61,548 nt of DNA from assembly GCA_031292615.1 (NCBI GenBank), contig JARLGT010000021.1:1-61548 (forward strand). Reading direction: 5' to 3'. Source of the stretch: Coriobacteriia bacterium. Its GTDB lineage: Bacteria; Actinomycetota; Coriobacteriia; Anaerosomatales; JAAXUF01. Of this stretch, positions 58,261 through 61,548 are shown piece after piece. The notes under the pieces are model-generated. The model had not been told where the DNA came from. It searched no databases and was given only the letters and a program-made list of their open reading frames with translations. A program made the translations under genes and the position numbers. Every line of letters starts with the position of its first letter. Position 1 is the stretch's first letter.

Positions 58261-60114
58261 TTAGGCGGGCTCGTAGTAGAACAGCACGGCGCCGTACTCG
58301 CACAGGTCACCGTTCTTGGCCGCGATCTCGCGGATCACTCCGGCCTCCTCGGCGGGAATCTCGTTCATGAGCTTCATCGCCTCGAGGATGCACAGCGGCT
58401 GGCCTTCGACGAACGCGTCCCCCACGTGCACGAATGCGGGCGTGCCGGGAGACGGTGCCTCGTAGAAGGTGCCGACCATGGGTGCGACAACCGTCTTCCA
58501 CTCCGCAGGACGTGCGCCTGGGACTGGGGCGGTCAGCGGGGGCTCGGACGCCGGTGCGGGCGCTGTGGATGCGGACGCAGTCGCTGGGGCGGCTGCAGGA
58601 GCGGCGACTCCGCCTCGACGCACCGTGACCTTGGACTCGCCCTCTTCGATCACGATTTCGGAGATGTCTGAGGCCTCAACGACCTTGATGAGTTCACGGA
58701 TCTGGTTGACGTCCACCGAGTCTTCCTCCCTGACAGTGTGAAGTTCTTCGCTCATCATGAAGACCGCCTTCTCGGCGCCCTCCTTGTGGGAACTCAAGTA
58801 CGTGCGCGCCTCGTTGGGGAAGAGGGCGTACATAAGCACGTCCTCCTCGCTCTTCGCGAGATCCCCAATCTCTGCCTCGACCTCGGCATACGTGGTGGTG
58901 ACCAGCGAGCCAGGCCGAATGTCGGCCGCAAGGGGTGCATCGCCGCCCAGAACCTTGTCGACGACCTCGGTGTTCATCGGACCCGGCGCCTTGCCGTAGT
59001 AGCCACGGATGTAGTCACGCATCTCTTGCGGCACGATGTTCCAGCGCTTGCCGGTTAGGACGTTCATAACCGCCTGCGTGCCGACGATCTGCGAAAGCGG
59101 CGTCACGAGCGGCGGGTACCCAACCTCCGCGCGAACCTTCGGGATCTCGGCGAGCACGTCGGGGAGCCGGTCCAAGGCCTTTTGCTGCTCCAGCTGCGAA
59201 ACGAGGTTGCTCATCATGCCACCGGGGACCTGGTGGCTGAAGACCTCCATCGACAGAAGCGTGGTAATGCCGCGCTTGAGGTGCTTGCGCTCGCGCACGC
59301 CCTCCCAGTACTCGGCGATCTCGAAAAGCAGGTCGAGGTCCAAACCGGTGTCGTACGGCGACTCCTTGAGCGCAGCGACGATCGTCTCGACCGCCGGCTG
59401 GCTGTTGCCGAAGGCCAGCGCAACGACGGCGGTGTCGACGATGTCGGCACCCGCCTCGGCGGCCTTCACGTAGTTCATCGGGGCCATACCACCGATGTAG
59501 TGACAGTGAACGTGGACCGGCAGGCCGATCTCGGTCTTGAGCGCACGGACCATCTTCTCGGTACGGAACGGCGTCAACATGCCAGCCATGTCCTTGATGC
59601 AGATGGTGTCGGCGCCTAGCTCCTTGAGCTGCTGCGCGTACTCGAGATAGGAGTCCAGAGTGTGCACCGGGCTGACGGTGTAGGAGATGGCACCCTCGAA
59701 CAGGCCGCCGCACTCCTTGACCGCGGCCGCCGAGGCCTCGACGTTACGGATGTCGTTGAGCGCGTCGAAGACGCGGAAGACATCGATTCCGTTGCGCTTG
59801 GATGCCCGAACGAAGCGTGTGACGATCTCGTCGGAGTAGTGCTTGTAGCCCACGAGGTTCTGGCCTCGGAGCAGCATCTGAATCGGCGTGTTGGGCAGGT
59901 GCTTCTTGACCGTACGCAGTCGCTCCCAAGGGTTCTCGTCGAGGAAACGCAGGCACGAGTCGAAGGTCGCACCGCCCCACGCCTCTATCGACCAGTAGCC
60001 GACTGAGTCCATCTTCGGGAGGATCGGCAGCATGTCGCCGATCTCCATGCGCGTCGCCCACAACGACTGGTGCGCGTCGCGCAGTGTCGTGTCGGTGATG
60101 TGCACAGGTCGCAT
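58261..60114 (-). CDS. carboxyltransferase (5S subunit-like) plus biotin carboxyl carrier domain; PycB/OadA-like
   Basis: The N-terminal HMGL-like TIM barrel (ITDTTLRDAHQSLWATRM) is followed by a C-terminal biotinyl domain with EAMKLMNEI. The real ATG is at 60114 (GAGGGAG RBS). Confidence 0.85.
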   Translation of the reverse strand: MRPVHITDTTLRDAHQSLWATRMEIGDMLPILPKMDSVGYWSIEAWGGATFDSCLRFLDENPWERLRTVKKHLPNTPIQMLLRGQNLVGYKHYSDEIVTRFVRASKRNGIDVFRVFDALNDIRNVEASAAAVKECGGLFEGAISYTVSPVHTLDSYLEYAQQLKELGADTICIKDMAGMLTPFRTEKMVRALKTEIGLPVHVHCHYIGGMAPMNYVKAAEAGADIVDTAVVALAFGNSQPAVETIVAALKESPYDTGLDLDLLFEIAEYWEGVRERKHLKRGITTLLSMEVFSHQVPGGMMSNLVSQLEQQKALDRLPDVLAEIPKVRAEVGYPPLVTPLSQIVGTQAVMNVLTGKRWNIVPQEMRDYIRGYYGKAPGPMNTEVVDKVLGGDAPLAADIRPGSLVTTTYAEVEAEIGDLAKSEEDVLMYALFPNEARTYLSSHKEGAEKAVFMMSEELHTVREEDSVDVNQIRELIKVVEASDISEIVIEEGESKVTVRRGGVAAPAAAPATASASTAPAPASEPPLTAPVPGARPAEWKTVVAPMVGTFYEAPSPGTPAFVHVGDAFVEGQPLCILEAMKLMNEIPAEEAGVIREIAAKNGDLCEYGAVLFYYEPA

Positions 60115-60194
60115 CGCTTCTCCCTCGTGAATACGAGAATGGATGGGTCGCTCCGACCTTCTCAAGGTTCCGGCCCGCCAAGAAGGTGCGTAGT

Positions 60195-60245
60195 CCAAAG
60201 ATTATATACGAGGCCGGGCGCGGCCGACATGCCTGCGCCCGGCCC
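60195..60245 (-). terminator. rho-independent terminator after efp, overlapping a candidate -10 for the downstream operon
   Basis: A 10-bp perfect stem, GGCCGGGCGC (60212-21) pairing with GCGCCCGGCC (60235-44), has a 13-nt loop. On the minus transcript it is followed by UCGUAUAUAAUCUUUGG, which contains a perfect TATAAT. Confidence 0.5.
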
Positions 60246-60273
60246 GATAAGCCAGCTGGTGTCGCATACCGCG

Positions 60274-60834
60274 CTAGACGCGCGTGATGTAGCGCCCGTC
60301 GCGCGTGTCGATCCGTAGGCGCTCGCCCACGTTGATGAACATCGGGACTTGAACCACAGCACCGGTCTCCAGCGTCGCAGGCTTGTTGCCGCCTTGTACC
60401 GTGTCGCCCTTGAAGCCGGGATCCGTCTCGGTGACCTCGAGCTCGACGAACATCGGCGGCTCGACACCCAGGTATTCGCCGTCGGCGGTCATGACCTCGA
60501 CCTCGTCGTTCTCGCGGGGCCACTTGGCCTGCTCGCCCACGAACTCGGCGTCAAGTTCGACCTGCTCGTAGTTGCTGGTGTCCATGAAGTAGAACGTGGC
60601 GCCGTCGTTGTAGAGATACTGCATCTTCTTGTTCTCGATGCGCACGTCGTCGAACTTCTCGCCCGAACGGAACGTGTACTCGACTACTCGGCCGCTCTGC
60701 AGCTCCTTGAGTTTGGTGCGCACGAACGCACCACCCTTGCCAGGCTTGACATGCTGGAAGTCGATGATGACCCAGCGCTTGCCGTCGTGGAGAATGCACA
60801 TGCCGTTCTTGAACTGCGCGGTGGTAACAGGCAC
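60274..60834 (-). CDS. efp: elongation factor P
   Basis: The EF-P KOW, OB1 and OB2 domains are present, with the conserved KPGKG loop (HVKPGKGGAFVRTKLK). Confidence 0.95.
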   Translation of the reverse strand: MPVTTAQFKNGMCILHDGKRWVIIDFQHVKPGKGGAFVRTKLKELQSGRVVEYTFRSGEKFDDVRIENKKMQYLYNDGATFYFMDTSNYEQVELDAEFVGEQAKWPRENDEVEVMTADGEYLGVEPPMFVELEVTETDPGFKGDTVQGGNKPATLETGAVVQVPMFINVGERLRIDTRDGRYITRV

Positions 60835-60880
60835 TTCCGCACTCCTTCTTCAACGCGTCGTCCGCGTGTGCAGACGTCAG

Positions 60881-61548
60881 CTATAGCTCCAACAGATCCT
60901 TGGTCGACCGGGTCAGGACTCGTGCTCCAGACTCATCGACGACCACCAAGTCTTCGATTCTAACACCGCCGAACCCCGGCACATAGATGCCCGGCTCCAC
61001 GGTCACAACAGACCCCAGCGGCACTCTGAGTTCGCTTCTGGGCCCGAGACCCGGCAGTTCGTGGATCTCGAGGCCCACGCCGTGACCGAGCCCGTGACCG
61101 AAGTACTCGCCGAATCCACGCTGCGCGATCACCTCGCGCGCTGCACGGTCGATCTCGCTGCCTGTGCGCTCCGGGCAAACCGCAGCAGTGCCCGCGGCGT
61201 TTGCGGTCAGGACCGCGTCGTAGATCTCGCGATGTCTATCGCTCGAGCTGCCGATCACGACCGTGCGGGTCATGTCCGCGCAGTAGCCGCCGACACGTGC
61301 CCCGAAGTCTAGAACCACAAAGTCACCCTCGGTCAGAAGCCGCTCGCTCGGATTCGCGTGTGGCTTGGCCGCGTTGGGCCCGCTTGCCACGATCGGGTCG
61401 AACGCCACTCCTTGGCTGCCGGCTCGGCGCATGAAGAACTCCAGCTCGAGCGCGACATCCCGCTCCGAGACGCCGGGCCTGAGCACGCCGGCCAAGAGAT
61501 GGTCGAACGCCGCGTCCGTGATCTGCTGCGCGGCGTCGATGCGCTCGA
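60881..61548 (-). CDS. pepP: M24-family Xaa-Pro aminopeptidase, C-terminal part (the N-terminus lies beyond the window end)
   Basis: The pita-bread metal ligands are present: DFGARVGGYCADMTRT, HGLGHGVGLEIHE and VEPGIY. The reading frame stays open to position 61548. Confidence 0.8.
   Translation of the reverse strand, partial: ERIDAAQQITDAAFDHLLAGVLRPGVSERDVALELEFFMRRAGSQGVAFDPIVASGPNAAKPHANPSERLLTEGDFVVLDFGARVGGYCADMTRTVVIGSSSDRHREIYDAVLTANAAGTAAVCPERTGSEIDRAAREVIAQRGFGEYFGHGLGHGVGLEIHELPGLGPRSELRVPLGSVVTVEPGIYVPGFGGVRIEDLVVVDESGARVLTRSTKDLLEL

Overview
High-GC (about 64%) chromosomal window with actinobacterial-type synteny; about 90% of genes are on the minus strand.

Positions 1-26126 (minus) carry the end of the division/cell-wall (dcw) cluster: mraZ-rsmH-ftsL-ftsI-murE-murF-mraY-murD-ftsW-murG-murC-murB-ftsQ-ftsZ. 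After a strong hairpin the run continues pgeF(yfiH)-pstSCAB-phoU-yggS-sepF-proC-yggT-divIVA-yggU, a small ORF, an Ile T-box leader and the ileS 5' end. There is no ftsA (SepF-type divisome) and no ddl. Many genes start on GTG or TTG and are translationally coupled through ATGA, GTGA or TAGTG overlaps.

A five-unit GTGG(G) array phased at 10 bp lies upstream of mraZ. A divergent 45-aa ORF with its own promoter and terminator, a DUF4349 lipoprotein and a small membrane protein sit just beyond it on the plus strand.

Positions 27938-33896 (minus) hold a BMP-family nucleoside ABC transporter operon (substrate-binding protein, double ATPase, two permeases) and xerD. Positions 34008-42176 hold a large flotillin-like SPFH protein, ald, an anchored hypothetical protein (plus strand), a conserved hypothetical protein, an M20 peptidase and pyrG.

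Positions 42235-48127 form an uncharacterised envelope-glycan module: a WecA/MraY-like GT4 phosphotransferase coupled to a 767-aa protein with a secreted domain and a polytopic membrane domain, divergent from murJ, which is ATGA-coupled to a GT2 glycosyltransferase.

Positions 48188-61548 (minus) follow the Mycobacterium Rv1694-1698 order: steB-steA-recN-nadK-tlyA. Upstream of these lie dxs, xseB (with an acidic tail), nusB, asp23, a two-subunit pyruvate-carboxylase-like pair (biotin carboxylase plus carboxyltransferase-BCCP), efp and the 3' part of an M24 Xaa-Pro aminopeptidase.

Several stem-loops that look like intrinsic terminators are listed. No tRNA or rRNA gene, CRISPR array or mobile element was seen.
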